Assembly: GCA_964202905.1 (NCBI GenBank)
Contig: CAXNJO010000002.1
Location: forward strand, 704,001 to 768,000
Direction of reading: 5' to 3'
DNA length: 64,000 nucleotides
DNA from: Polyangiales bacterium
Lineage (GTDB): Bacteria > Myxococcota_A > Polyangia > Polyangiales > JADJQN01
This document shows positions 39,536 to 50,700 of the stretch, one piece after another. The position numbers and the translations under genes were made by a program. Position 1 is the first letter of the stretch. Each line of letters begins with the position of its first letter. The notes under the pieces were generated by a model, which saw nothing but the letters and a program-made list of their open reading frames with translations, did not search any database and had not been told where the DNA came from.

Positions 39536-42040
39536 ATGACGCACGACGCGAAAAAACAAGGTGCCCGCGGCCATGCAGCGGCCGAGGCCGAGTTCGACGA
39601 GGACCTCACCGAGATCAGCGCCGAAGAGGAGCGCGTGCTCGTGCGCGTGCAGAAGAACCTCGCCGCGCAGACCATCGCGCCCTCGAACGGCGGGACCGAC
39701 TACGACGCCGATCTGCTCACGCTGCGCGACCAGATCGCCGAGGCCCGCATGGAGGACGTGCCGCCGCTCATCCAGGAGATGGAGCGCCTCCAGCAGCTCG
39801 CGAACCGCCGCGCGCAGGCCTCGACGGCGCCGGTCGACTCGCTCTCGCCGTATTTCGGCCGGATGGTGCTCGAGGAGGGCGACCGCAAGCGCGAGGTGCT
39901 CATCGGCAAGTCGACCTACCTCGACAGCCGCACCGGCATCCGCATCGTCGACTGGCGCGACGCGCCGGTGAGCCGTCTCTTCTATCGCTACGAAGAGGGC
40001 GACGACTACGACGAGAACTTCGGCGGCCGCGAGGTGCACGGCAACGTGCTGACGCGGCGCAGCCTCGCGATCATCGAGGGCTCGCTCCGGCGCATCGTCG
40101 CGCCGCAGGGCACGTTCCTGAAGCGCCGCGAGCGCTGGGAGCGCGCGGGCGCGAGCACGCGGCTGAGCGGCGGCGCGGGCGCGGCCGATCGCCCCGACCA
40201 CTACCACCAGCCGGGCAAGCTCGGCATCGGGCGCGACGGCGACGGCCGCGCGGAAAAGTTCCTCCCGGAGATCGCGGCCCTCATCGATCCGCGCCAGTTC
40301 GAGCTCATCACGAAGGCCTCGTCGGGCCTCGTGGTCATCCAGGGCGGCGCGGGCTCGGGCAAGACGACCATCGGCCTGCACCGGCTCGCCTACCTCGCCT
40401 TCGAGGACGCGAAGCGCTTCAAGATCGATCGCATGCTGGTCGTCGTCTTCAACGAGGCGCTCGCCCGCTACATCTCGAAGGTGCTGCCGGCGCTCGGCGT
40501 CGCGGGCGTGCCGGTCGTCACCTACGACACGTGGGCGCAGAAGCTGCGGCACGTGCACCTGCCGCGCGTCCCGCGGAAGTACAACGACGAGACGCCGAAC
40601 GTCGTCGTGCGGCTGAAGAAGCACCCCGCGATGCTGCGCGCCATCGACGCGTACGTCGCGCGGCTCGCCGATCGCGCCGAGGAGAAGTTGCGCGCGTCGC
40701 TCGGCGGCGCGGCGGGGGGCGAGGCCGCGATCGAGCGCTGGCGCAAGAGCGCGAAGCGTCCGCTCGCGGTGCGCGTCGAGCTGCTCTCGCGCTGGGCCGA
40801 GGGCGAAGAGGAGGGCGTGAAGGCGCCGCCGCTCGCGGTGCGGCACGCGGTCGAGCGCGCGAGCTCGGGCATGCGCGATCTCGCGCGCGACGTGTTCACG
40901 GCGTTCGCCGACATCGTCACCGACCGCGCGGCGCTCGGCACGGTGTTCGCCGCGTACGCCGGCACGGGCGAGGGCCTCGGCGATGGGGATCTCGAAGAGG
41001 CGCTCAAGTGGTGCGCGGCGCGCATCGCGGGCGCCGTGAACGAGATGGAGGCGCGCGCGGACGTCACCGAAGAAAAGAAAGAGGAGCGCGACTCACGACG
41101 CTCCGCCGACGAGGTGGAGGCCGCGGAGGCCGCCCCCGACGAGGAGCGCGAGCGCCGCACGGGCATCGACGGGCGCGACGAGGAGGAGGAATCCCGCGCG
41201 ACGCTCGACCGCGAGGACGACACGCTGCTGCTGCGCCTCTGGCAGCGCCTGCGCGGCCCGCTCCGCAAGCCGGGCGCGCAGCGCGGCGCGGGTCGCGGCG
41301 GTGCGAAGGAATCGCTCGTCTACGAGCACGTGCTCGTCGACGAGGCGCAGGACCTCTCGCCCGTCGAGATGGCCGTCGTGCTCGACACCGTCTCCGCGCA
41401 GAAGAGCGTCACGCTCGCCGGCGACGTCGCGCAGCGTCTGCACATGGACAACGGCTTCACGAGCTGGCGCGGCGTGCTCGACGACCTCGGCCTGCAATCG
41501 ACGGACGTCGAGCCGCTCGAGGTCAGCTACCGCTCGACGCGCGAGATCATCGAGCTCGCGACGCACGTGCTCGGGCCGCTCGCCGGCAAGCCCGGCAAGC
41601 CCACGCGCGACGGCGCGCCCATCGAGCTGTTCCGCTTCGCGCATTCGGGCGACGCGGTCGGCTTCCTCGCCGAGGCGCTGCGCGATCTGGCGCGCGCCGA
41701 GCCGCTCGCGTCGATCGCGCTCGTCGCGCGCTACCCGGAGCAGGCCGACATCTACTACCGCGGTCTCGCGAACGCGGAGGTGCCAAACCTGCGCCGGATC
41801 GCGGATCAGGACTTCCCCTTCAAGGCCGGCATCGACGTGACGGACGTGCGCCAGGTCAAGGGCCTCGAGTTCGACTACGTCGTGCTCCTCGAAGTCAACG
41901 CGGCCTCCTTCCCGCCCAACGACGAGGCGCGGCACCTGCTGCACATCGCCGTCACGCGCGCCGCGCACCAGCTCTGGGTGACGGCGACGGGCAAGCCGTC
42001 GCCGCTCCTCCCCGACGAGCTCGTGGAGCGCGGGCTCTGA
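39536..42040 (+). CDS. HelD-like superfamily 1 helicase/ATPase
   Basis: SPYFGRM, DWRDAPVSRLFY, IQGGAGSGKTTIGLHRLAYL, YISKVLP.LG, VDEAQDLS, GDVAQ, SYRST.EI, KGLEFD, AVTRA. Confidence 0.82.
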   Translation: MTHDAKKQGARGHAAAEAEFDEDLTEISAEEERVLVRVQKNLAAQTIAPSNGGTDYDADLLTLRDQIAEARMEDVPPLIQEMERLQQLANRRAQASTAPVDSLSPYFGRMVLEEGDRKREVLIGKSTYLDSRTGIRIVDWRDAPVSRLFYRYEEGDDYDENFGGREVHGNVLTRRSLAIIEGSLRRIVAPQGTFLKRRERWERAGASTRLSGGAGAADRPDHYHQPGKLGIGRDGDGRAEKFLPEIAALIDPRQFELITKASSGLVVIQGGAGSGKTTIGLHRLAYLAFEDAKRFKIDRMLVVVFNEALARYISKVLPALGVAGVPVVTYDTWAQKLRHVHLPRVPRKYNDETPNVVVRLKKHPAMLRAIDAYVARLADRAEEKLRASLGGAAGGEAAIERWRKSAKRPLAVRVELLSRWAEGEEEGVKAPPLAVRHAVERASSGMRDLARDVFTAFADIVTDRAALGTVFAAYAGTGEGLGDGDLEEALKWCAARIAGAVNEMEARADVTEEKKEERDSRRSADEVEAAEAAPDEERERRTGIDGRDEEEESRATLDREDDTLLLRLWQRLRGPLRKPGAQRGAGRGGAKESLVYEHVLVDEAQDLSPVEMAVVLDTVSAQKSVTLAGDVAQRLHMDNGFTSWRGVLDDLGLQSTDVEPLEVSYRSTREIIELATHVLGPLAGKPGKPTRDGAPIELFRFAHSGDAVGFLAEALRDLARAEPLASIALVARYPEQADIYYRGLANAEVPNLRRIADQDFPFKAGIDVTDVRQVKGLEFDYVVLLEVNAASFPPNDEARHLLHIAVTRAAHQLWVTATGKPSPLLPDELVERGL

Positions 42041-42111
42041 CGCCGGCGCGCCCGCGTCGGGACCCCGCTCACCCCTCGCACGCCGCGGCGAGCCCCGCCG
42101 CCCGTCCGTGC

Positions 42112-42822
42112 TTGGCGCGGGACCCGCGGTCCCTCGTCACGGCCCTCCTCGGCGCGTCCGTCCTCGTCGCCGCCTCGCTCGGGACCGCCTGCGAGGAGCC
42201 GCCCCATCTCCGGCTCGCCGCGCCCCCGCTCTCGCTCCCCGCGCCGCCGCGCCGCGGCGCCGATCCGAGCGACGCGCAGTGCGTGGCGCGCTCCCTCGAT
42301 CCGCCGCCCGCGGTGCTCGATTCGGCCGTCGCCGAGGCCGCTGCGGGCGCGCCCGAGGGCTACGCGGCGCTGCTCGGTCTCGCGCTCGCCTGGCCACGCT
42401 CGGCGACGGTGCGCCTGCGCGCCGCAGAGGCCGCGCAGGAGCCCGCCGACGCGCTGCGCCTCTACGCCGACGCCGTCCGCGTGCACGACGAGGGCTGCGC
42501 GCTCGCGCCCGACGCGCTGCGCGCCGCGCTCCACGGGCTCGGGGCTGCACGGCTCGCCGCCGGCGACGCGCCGGGTGCCCGCGACGTCTTCACGCGCGCC
42601 GTCGACGCCTTCCCCGAAGCGGCCCCGACGCGCTACGCGCTCGCCGCCGCCGCGTGCCGCCTGCACGACCGCACCGCCTGCGCGGACGCGCTCCTCGCCG
42701 CGCTCGCCGCCGACACGACAGGCACGCTCGCCCCGCTCGCCGCGCGCGATCCGGACCTCACCGCGGCCCGCACCGACCCCCGCGTCAGCGCCGCGCTCGC
42801 GGCCCGCCCCGCCGCGCGCTGA
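42112..42822 (+). CDS. Lipoprotein with TPR-like helices
   Basis: LGTAC lipobox; TPR-like GLG..RL..GD..GAR..F..A...P....RYALA; C-terminal DPDL..AR.DPR; TTG start inferred. Confidence 0.6.
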   Translation: MARDPRSLVTALLGASVLVAASLGTACEEPPHLRLAAPPLSLPAPPRRGADPSDAQCVARSLDPPPAVLDSAVAEAAAGAPEGYAALLGLALAWPRSATVRLRAAEAAQEPADALRLYADAVRVHDEGCALAPDALRAALHGLGAARLAAGDAPGARDVFTRAVDAFPEAAPTRYALAAAACRLHDRTACADALLAALAADTTGTLAPLAARDPDLTAARTDPRVSAALAARPAAR

Positions 42823-42935
42823 CGCGCCCCGACGCAACGCCACGCACGGGACGCCACGCGCACGGGACGCGCCACGCCTCCACACGTCGCGACGCGGCGA
42901 GCCAGGTCGCGCGCCGTCGATCGCACAACGCGACC

Positions 42936-44681
42936 TCAGTCGAGCGTGACGAACAGCGACTTGAGGTGCGGCTCGCGTCCCGCGCCGACCGGAAAATCCC
43001 GCGGCAGCGGCACCTCGCGCACCTGCCTCGCGGCGCGCCCGGCGTCGCGCACGCCCTCCTGCACGAGCCGCCGAAAACGCGCGACCGGGAGCCGCCGATC
43101 GTTCGAGGACGCGAGCAGCCGACCATCCGGCGCGAGCACGGACGCGCACTGCGTGACGAGCCCGCGCCACGCGGCGCCGCTCGTCCAGCGCGAGGCGCGC
43201 GTGGTCGCGTACGTCGGCGGATCGACGATCACGAGGTCGAAGCGCTCCGCGCCCCTCGCGAGCCGCGCGAGCGCCTCGAACGCGTCCGCGCGGAGGAAGC
43301 GGTCGTCGCCCCGCGTGCCCGAATCGGCCCGCGCGCGGGCCACGTGGCGCTCGCCCCGCGCGAGCACCTCGCGCGACGCATCGACGCTGAGCACCTGCGA
43401 AGCGCCGCCGGCCGCGGCCGCTGCGCTGAACGCGCACGTGTACGCGAAGAGGTTGAGCACGCGCGCGCCCGCGCAGGTGGCGCGCACGCGGCGACGGGCC
43501 TCGCGCTGATCGAGGAAGAGCCCCGTCGAGAGGCCATCCCCGAGCCGCGCCTCGATCGCGAGGCCGTGCTCGTGGACCGTGATCGTCTCCTCCGGCGTCG
43601 GCGCACCGCGGACCGGGTGCGCGGGCGCGACGTCGTCCCGGCGCGTGTCGACGAGCACGTTCGCCTGCCGCGGGCGGTGCTTCACGTAGATGCCCGCGGG
43701 CCCGAGCGCCATGAGCGCGTCGAGGACGGCGGCCTCATGACGCGCTGCGTCATCACCCAGAAACTGCGCGACGAAATGCGCGCCGTACACGTCGACCGCG
43801 AGCCCCGGGAGCCCGTCGCCGTGCTCGTTCACGAGGCGGAACGCCGTCGTCGCATCCGCGCCTTCGGGCCGCGTGCGGGCGCGCGCGAGCAGGCCGAAAC
43901 GCGCACGCGCCGCGTCCTCGAGGCGATCGCGCAACACGTCCGGGTCGTCGTAGGGCGGGCGCTCCCCGCGACGCAGCCAGTCGTCGAACGCGCGCGGCGG
44001 CTCCGCGGCGAGCGAGAGCGGCGCGCCCGTGCGCGGGTGCAGGAGCGCGATGCGACGCGCGTGCAGCAGCAGCCGCGGCGGTGCGTGCGCGTCGTCGGCC
44101 GACGGCAGCGCATGGAGCGCATCGCCGACGATCGGGCTGCCCTCGGCGGCGAGCTGCGCGCGCAGCGTGAGCGCCCCACCCGCGCGCACGCGACACGCGA
44201 GCAGCACGCGCTCCCCCAGCCGCTGTAGGACGCGCACGTGCGCCTCCGCCTCCCGTGCCCGCGCATCCCGCGGCGACGCGACGACGAGCCCCGCGCCCTC
44301 ACCGCGCGTGAGCCGATGCCGCAGCGTGCGTGCGCCGCCGTCCCAGCGCGACACGCCCGCGACGAACTCGCGCTCGACCGCGCGCGCCTCGAACTGCCGC
44401 GCGAGCCCCGCGTTCGCCTCGCGGCTCCGCCCGTAGAGCGCGACGCCGCTCGTGCCGACATCGAGGCTGTGATGGAGCGCGAGCGTGCCGCTCACCGGAG
44501 ACGCCTCGTCCGCATGACGCGCCGCGAGCGCAGGCGCGATCCGCGCGGAAAGCGTGTCGACGGCGTCGGGCGCGAGCGGCTCGCACGGCACGCCGACGGG
44601 CTTGTCGACGGCGACGAGGTCCCCATCCGCGAAGCGCACCCACGCGGCCGGATCGCAGGCGACCCCGGCGCGATCAGCCAT
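42936..44681 (-). CDS. RluA-like pseudouridine synthase domain fused to an RlmI/RlmK-like SAM methyltransferase
   Basis: VDKPVG, HSLDVGTSG, PIVGD, LLLHA; FRLVNEHGDGLPGL.VD.YG, TGLFLDQR, VLNLFAYT, IVDPPT, LKSLF. Confidence 0.85.
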   Translation of the reverse strand: MADRAGVACDPAAWVRFADGDLVAVDKPVGVPCEPLAPDAVDTLSARIAPALAARHADEASPVSGTLALHHSLDVGTSGVALYGRSREANAGLARQFEARAVEREFVAGVSRWDGGARTLRHRLTRGEGAGLVVASPRDARAREAEAHVRVLQRLGERVLLACRVRAGGALTLRAQLAAEGSPIVGDALHALPSADDAHAPPRLLLHARRIALLHPRTGAPLSLAAEPPRAFDDWLRRGERPPYDDPDVLRDRLEDAARARFGLLARARTRPEGADATTAFRLVNEHGDGLPGLAVDVYGAHFVAQFLGDDAARHEAAVLDALMALGPAGIYVKHRPRQANVLVDTRRDDVAPAHPVRGAPTPEETITVHEHGLAIEARLGDGLSTGLFLDQREARRRVRATCAGARVLNLFAYTCAFSAAAAAGGASQVLSVDASREVLARGERHVARARADSGTRGDDRFLRADAFEALARLARGAERFDLVIVDPPTYATTRASRWTSGAAWRGLVTQCASVLAPDGRLLASSNDRRLPVARFRRLVQEGVRDAGRAARQVREVPLPRDFPVGAGREPHLKSLFVTLD

Positions 44682-45927
44682 GCGCGGAGGCCGCCCCGCC
44701 CGAGGCCGGGGCCGCACCGTCGGCGCGCGTCACGAGCGCGATCGTCATGCCGAGCCCCATCGCGCCCGCCGCGAGCCAGGCCCAGCCCGAGAGCGCCGCG
44801 CGATCGAGGAGCCAGCCGCTGAGCAGCGGCGCGCTGATCTGCGCGAGCGAGCCGAGCGACTGCGCGAGGCCGAGCACGACGCCCTGCTCCGCGGCCACCG
44901 CGTTGCGTGAGACGAGGCTCGTGAGCGCCGGACGCAGCGGCCCCGTGCCGAAGGCCGCGAGCGTCATCGCGGCCGCGAGCCCGCCGAGCGTGTACCCGCT
45001 GCCGAGCAGCGCGAACGCCGCGGCCGAGAGCGCGAAGCCCGCGATCGCGACGGGGCGCTCCCCGAAGCGCCGCACCAGCCGCCCTACGAGCCCGCCCTGG
45101 ATGAACACACCGAGCAGCCCCGAGTAGGCGAGTACGTAGCCGACCTCGCGCACGCCGAACGCGCGGCCCTCCCACGTGAAGCGACGCGCCGCGAAGATCG
45201 CGAAGCCCGACGTGAACACCGCGAACCCGAACGCGAAGAGGAAGAACTGCACGAGCGACGTCGCGAGCGCGGGGCGCCGGAAATACGGCGCATATGCGCC
45301 CCAGTCCGTGAGGCCGAGCCGCTTGCCCGCGGGGCCCGCTTCCCCTGTGGCCGCGAGCGAGGTGGCCGTGCGCAGCGCGCGCTCGTCGGGCAGCACGAAG
45401 GCCGTCGCCGCGATGCTGAGCAGGGAGAGCCCGGCCGCGACGTAGACGGGGACCGCGTAGCCGTACGGCGCGAGCAGGCCGCCGATCGCGGGGCCGACCA
45501 TGAAGCCGATGCCGAAGGCGATGCCGATGACCGCGAAGCTGCGCGCGCGATCCTTCGCCTCGGTCACGTCGGCGATGTAGGCCTGCGCGACGGTGAGGTT
45601 GCCGGCGGTCGCGCCGTCGAGCACCCGCGACGCGACGATCATCCAGAGCGTGCTCGCGTTGGCGAGCAGCAGGAAGCCGAGGAACGTGCCCGCCTGGCTC
45701 AGGAGCAGCACCGGCCGTCGCCCGAAGCGGTCCGAGAGCCCGCCGAGGAAGGGCCCGGAGACCAGCTGGCAGAGCGCGTAGCTCGCGCTGACGACCCCGA
45801 TGCCGAAGGGGCTCGCGCCGTAGCGCTCCGCGTAGAACGGGAGCAGCGGGATGATGATCGTCAGGCCGAGGACGTCGACGAGGACGACGAGGAAGATCGG
45901 CAGCAGCGGCGAGCGGGGGCGGAGCAC
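44674..45927 (-). CDS. MFS transporter (DHA1/TetA-like)
   Basis: DVLGLTIIIPLLP, GGLSDRFGRRPVLL (motif A), RVLDGATAGN, GFMVGPAIGG. Confidence 0.9.
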   Translation of the reverse strand: MLRPRSPLLPIFLVVLVDVLGLTIIIPLLPFYAERYGASPFGIGVVSASYALCQLVSGPFLGGLSDRFGRRPVLLLSQAGTFLGFLLLANASTLWMIVASRVLDGATAGNLTVAQAYIADVTEAKDRARSFAVIGIAFGIGFMVGPAIGGLLAPYGYAVPVYVAAGLSLLSIAATAFVLPDERALRTATSLAATGEAGPAGKRLGLTDWGAYAPYFRRPALATSLVQFFLFAFGFAVFTSGFAIFAARRFTWEGRAFGVREVGYVLAYSGLLGVFIQGGLVGRLVRRFGERPVAIAGFALSAAAFALLGSGYTLGGLAAAMTLAAFGTGPLRPALTSLVSRNAVAAEQGVVLGLAQSLGSLAQISAPLLSGWLLDRAALSGWAWLAAGAMGLGMTIALVTRADGAAPASGGAASAHG

Positions 45928-45991
45928 GGAGGCGCGGGAATGTAGAGCGCGGCGGCCGCGCGGTCACGCATCGACGCGCGCCGCGCCCCGA

Positions 45992-47482
45992 TCAGCGGAA
46001 GGCGTCGAAATCGCCCGTGAAATCGCGGCCGACGAGCGTGCCCTCCCAGCTCCCCGGGCGCAGCGCGTTGGGCCCGGCGATCGGCGCGAAGCCCTTCAGC
46101 GTCATCACGTCGAGGCCGAGCCGGCCGCTGCGGATCGTGCTGTCGAGCTCGTCGATGAGCGACGCCACCGCGCCGTCGCACGCGCGCGACACGGTGCCCG
46201 CGAGGCCCGGGTACGAGGGCACGGTCTCGCCCGCGATGCGCCCCACCTCGCCGCAGAAGCCGCTCGTCGCCGCGGTGAGCGCGTCGCGGAAGGTGCGGTA
46301 GCGCCCGTCCGTCGCCTCGTACGTCACGGTGTCGACGAGCCACGCGATGATCGCGCCGATGCTCACGTCGACGTCGTGACGCTCGATCACGAAGACGCCG
46401 CAGGTCGCCGCCGCGTCGAACTCGCTCGGACGGAAGCGCCAATCGAGGATGTCCTCCGGGCGCCCGCGCACCTCGACGCCGCGGTACTCGAAGCGCGCGT
46501 TGAGCCAGGTGTGCGTGCCCTTGTAGAGGTCGCGCAGCACGCCCGGGCGCAGCTCCATGCGCTCGTCGACCTGCCACGTGGAGAGGATGTCGTTGAGGTC
46601 CGCGATGCCGCCGAGCAGGTCGCGCACCCAGGGCGCGAGGTTCGCGTCGGCCCAGTCGCGGAGCGCGGGGGCGATGAGCGCCTCGACCCAGCCGGGCAGC
46701 CCCGACACGCCGAGGGTGTCCGAGTCGCCCGCGATGAAGCGGAACGGCCCCGACACCGCGCCGAGGAAGCCGTCGAGCCACGAGGGGAGCGACTCGCGCA
46801 GGCGCAACGTGGACGTGAGCGACCAGGTCCCGGTGAGGTCCGGGTTCGTGATGTCGCACAGCGTGCGCGGCCGGCAGGCGCCCGCCTCGCACACATCGGT
46901 CGCGGGGCACTCGTCGTCCGCGACGCAGCCGTCGCCGCCCGGCGAGGGCGTGCAGCGGCCGGCGATGCAGAGCGTGCCCACGGGGCAGTCGACGTGCTCG
47001 GCGCAGGCGCACGTGCCGTCGACGCAGCGGAGCGTGCCGGGGCATGTGCCGTCCGGACAGGCGACGGGCACGCGCGGGTCGGGCGTGCAGCGCGCGGCGA
47101 TGCAGAGCGTGCCCGCGGCGCACTCCGTGTCGAACTCGCACACCGCGCCGGTGTCGTCGGGCGCGATGCAGACACCCAGGCGGCACTCCGAGGGCGCCGC
47201 GCACGCGGCGCACGTCTCGGCGGGCGGCACGACCAGATCCGGCGGCACGCAGCGCAGCGTCGTGCCGATGGGCCGACACACGAGGCCGGGCGCGCAGTCC
47301 ATGAAGGACTCGCACTCGCCCGGCGCGATCGTGCCGAGATCGTCGGCGACGCCGCCGTCCCCCGTGCCGGGCGGTCGCGTGGGCGCGGGATCGGCGCCTG
47401 CGGAGCACGCGGCGAGCGCGAGCAGGCCGAGCGCGAGGAGCCGCGAACAGAAGGGCGCGCGAGTGATCGGGCGGTGCGTCAT
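45992..47482 (-). CDS. Lipoprotein with Cys-rich repeats and an uncharacterised C-terminal domain
   Basis: LAAC lipobox; C..D.EC..GTLCIA.RC repeats; DLTGTW followed by a mixed alpha/beta domain. Confidence 0.75.
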   Translation of the reverse strand: MTHRPITRAPFCSRLLALGLLALAACSAGADPAPTRPPGTGDGGVADDLGTIAPGECESFMDCAPGLVCRPIGTTLRCVPPDLVVPPAETCAACAAPSECRLGVCIAPDDTGAVCEFDTECAAGTLCIAARCTPDPRVPVACPDGTCPGTLRCVDGTCACAEHVDCPVGTLCIAGRCTPSPGGDGCVADDECPATDVCEAGACRPRTLCDITNPDLTGTWSLTSTLRLRESLPSWLDGFLGAVSGPFRFIAGDSDTLGVSGLPGWVEALIAPALRDWADANLAPWVRDLLGGIADLNDILSTWQVDERMELRPGVLRDLYKGTHTWLNARFEYRGVEVRGRPEDILDWRFRPSEFDAAATCGVFVIERHDVDVSIGAIIAWLVDTVTYEATDGRYRTFRDALTAATSGFCGEVGRIAGETVPSYPGLAGTVSRACDGAVASLIDELDSTIRSGRLGLDVMTLKGFAPIAGPNALRPGSWEGTLVGRDFTGDFDAFR

Positions 47483-47769
47483 GGTCGGCGTGGGGCTCCT
47501 GCGGCCTTGTAACCCGCGGGGCGCGCGGCTGTCATCTGCGCTCGCACGGCACGCCTCCGCGCTTGAAAGCGCGCGGTCACCATGCCAGCATCCGCATCGT
47601 TCGCAGTCGCCGTGCAGCCTCCGTGCAGCGCGGCAGCGGGTGCGGAGCCGAGGTGGCGCGTGGGGCTTGCCCAACGCTGCGTGGCCCATGCCCGGCCCTC
47701 CAGCAGGGGTCGCCATCCCCCGAGTCGCGCCCCGCTCCCGGGGCCCTCCAATGGCCGAGACAATCACCA

Positions 47770-50700
47770 ATGGCTCACACGCCGATGGCCGACAATCCGA
47801 TGGAATCGCCCCTCGAACCGGGCGACGAGTTCGACGACGAACGCGACGAGCGCGACGAGCGCGACGAGGACGACGACGACGCCCCCCCGGCGCACGCCGC
47901 GCATACACACTCCGCCAGCGTGATCGGCGGCCAGATCGCGAAGCTCTCCGATCGCGCGATCCAGCGCCTCGTCGGCGGCAACGCCTTCATCCGCGGCCGC
48001 GTCTACGCGCGCCGCAGCGCGGTGAGCGAGCTGGTCGCCGAGGGCACGTCGGCGAGCGCGCGCGTCCGCGGTCGCACCGACGATCCGTACACCGTGCACC
48101 TCGCGCAGGCCGCCGACGGGCAGGTGCACTCGCAGTGCAGCTGCCCCGCGTGGAAGGGCCCGACGGGCCACTGCAAGCACGTCGCGGCGCTGCTCGTCGC
48201 GCTCCGCGATCGCGAGCGCCCCGCGCGTCCGAAACAAGCCGAGCCGGGCCCCGCTGCGGCCGCGCCCGCGCCGCAGGGAGCGCCCACCGCGGTGCGCGAT
48301 GGTCTCGACGACGACGAGCGCGCCAACGGCGCAGGGCCGGGCGGCGCACAGACGGTCTCCGTCGGTGGCAAGCGCCGTCGCTCACGCCGCAGGCGGCGGG
48401 GCGCGGCGGGCGAGGCGACGCCGGCCGCGGTGCCGGCGGCGATCGAGACGCGCGTCCACGCGCCCGCGCCCGACCTCGGCGCGCTCCGCGTCCCGCATGC
48501 GCCGCAGGACCGCGGCGGACTCGACGCATGGCTCGCCCCGGACGACGCGAGCGTGCGCCCCGTCGAGCTCGAGTACCGGCTCGTCGTGCGCGCCGCGTCG
48601 ATCGCGATCACGCCCGTCTTGAGTGGGACGCGGCAGCCCGTGCCGCTCGTCGACGCGCTCGCGGCCTTCAACCTCATCGCGGTGCACGATCGCGCGCTGC
48701 TCCGCGCCCTCGCGCGCCACGTCACGCGCGGAACCCCCGCGACGGCCGAGCTGCGCGGCGAGGACGCCGCCGAGGTGCTCTCGCTGCTGCGCGGGCGACG
48801 CATCGTGCTCGAGCCCGCGAGCATGGAGCTCCGCTTCGCCGACGAGCCCCTCCGCCCCAAGCTCGAGCTCGATCTCGCGACCGGCCCCGGCCACGATGGC
48901 AAGAGCGGTCCCGCGGTCCGCGTGCGCGTCGTGTTCGAGCTCGCGCGCGGCGGCCGCCGCTTCCCGCTCTCGTCGGGGGCGTGGTTCGAGGGCACGCCGA
49001 GCTGGCACATCGACACCACGGAAGGTGTCGCGCGCCCCATCGTCGACACCGTCACGCCCGCGTGGCTGCAGCGCCTCTACCGTTCGCCCGCGCTCGTGCA
49101 CCCGGTCACGGATCTGCCGCGGCTGCTCACCGATTTCGTGCCCCGCGTCGCGAACTCGCTCTCGACGGATCTGCCCGAGCTCGCGTCGGTGGCCGACCTC
49201 GTCGACGCGCCGCCGCACTTCCAGCTCAAGGCCGACGGCGATCTCATCGAGGCGCGCGCGCGCCTGAAGGTCGTCTACCAGGAGCAGGAGCTCGACGTGC
49301 CCGTCGCGGGGCTCCCCTCCCCGCTCGCCTTCCTCCCGCCCGTGTCCCGCGGGCTCGACACGCGGGCCGCGCGGCCGCGCATCGTGCGCCGTGACGTCGG
49401 CGCGGAGCTCGTCGCGCTGCAGCAGCTGCTCAGTCTCGGCTTCGAGCCGGACGCGAAGGCGGGCGACCTCGTGATCCGTGGGGACAAGGCGATCGCCTTC
49501 TGGACGGAGGGCGTCGGTTCGCTCCCGGAGGACTGGGATCGTTTCATCCCCAACGATCTCGTCGACGTCACGATCCGCACCGGCGCGGTCTCGCCGCGGA
49601 TGCGCGTATCGAGCGGCGTCGACTGGCTCTCGCTCGACATGAGCTTCGACGTCGACGGCGTCGCGGTCGACGAAGACGAGCTGCGCATGTGCCTCGAGAA
49701 GGGGCGCCGCCTCGTGAAGCTCGCCGACGGTACGTACGCGCCCGTGCAGCGCGAGCAGGTCGGCGAGGTGCTCGCGCGCATGGCGGAGATCGTCGCGTCG
49801 AGCGGCAGCCGCAAGAAGGTGCCGCTCTCGCAGGCGGGTCGCGTGCAGGATCTCCTCCGGCTCGTCAGCGACTCCATCGTCGCGACGCCGACCAAGGAGA
49901 TCTTCAGCAAGTTCGGCGACGTCAGCAACATCGAGTCCATCGCGAAGCCACGTCAGCTCAAGGCGAGCCTCCGCGAGTACCAGAAGGAGGGCTTCTCCTG
50001 GCTCGTGTTCCTGCACAACATGAACACCGGCGGGATCCTCGCGGACGACATGGGTCTCGGCAAGACGCTGCAGACAATCGCCCTGCTCTGCTGGCTCAAG
50101 CAGAAGGACAAGAAGGGCCTCTCGCTCGTCGTCGCGCCCACGTCGGTCGTGCCGAACTGGCAGCGCGAGATCGAGAAGTTCGCGCCGCAACTCACCGTCG
50201 TCGTGTGGCAGGGCGCCGACCGCCACGAGCAGGCGCAGGCGGCCGCCGAGGCCGACGTCCTCATCACGAGCTACTCGCTCTTGCGGCGCGACGAGGAGTT
50301 CCTCGGCACGCTCGACCTCAAGTACGCGATCCTCGACGAGGCGCAGCACATCAAGAACCCGCTCTCGGCGACCGCGCGCGCGGCCAAGCGGCTCCAGAGC
50401 GAGCGGCGCCTCGCGCTCACCGGCACGCCCATCGAGAACCGCCTCAGCGAGTTCTGGTCGATCTTCGACTTCGTCGCGCCGAACATGCTCGGCTCGCTCA
50501 AGGTCTTCGAAGAGCAGTACGGGCGGCCGATCGAGCGCGGCGACCTCGAGTCCGCGCAGAAGCTCGGCGCGACCGTGCGCCCCTTCGTCAAGCGCCGCAC
50601 CAAGGGCGAGGTCGAGAAGGACCTCCCCGCGAAGATCGAGCAGGAGATCATCGTCCCGCTCGCCGAAGAGCAGTCGAAGCTCTACAAGCAGATGACCAAG

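Noticed and set aside
42823..42935. Short GCCACGC(GC)ACGGGAC repeats (and GGGGCGCGCRTCTC repeats near 16730-16765)
   Set aside because: Only two or three degenerate copies in GC-rich spacers, compatible with slippage or chance.
44674..45927. Tetracycline resistance gene tetA
   Set aside because: Only family-level DHA1 motifs are present; there is no adjacent tetR and substrate cannot be inferred.
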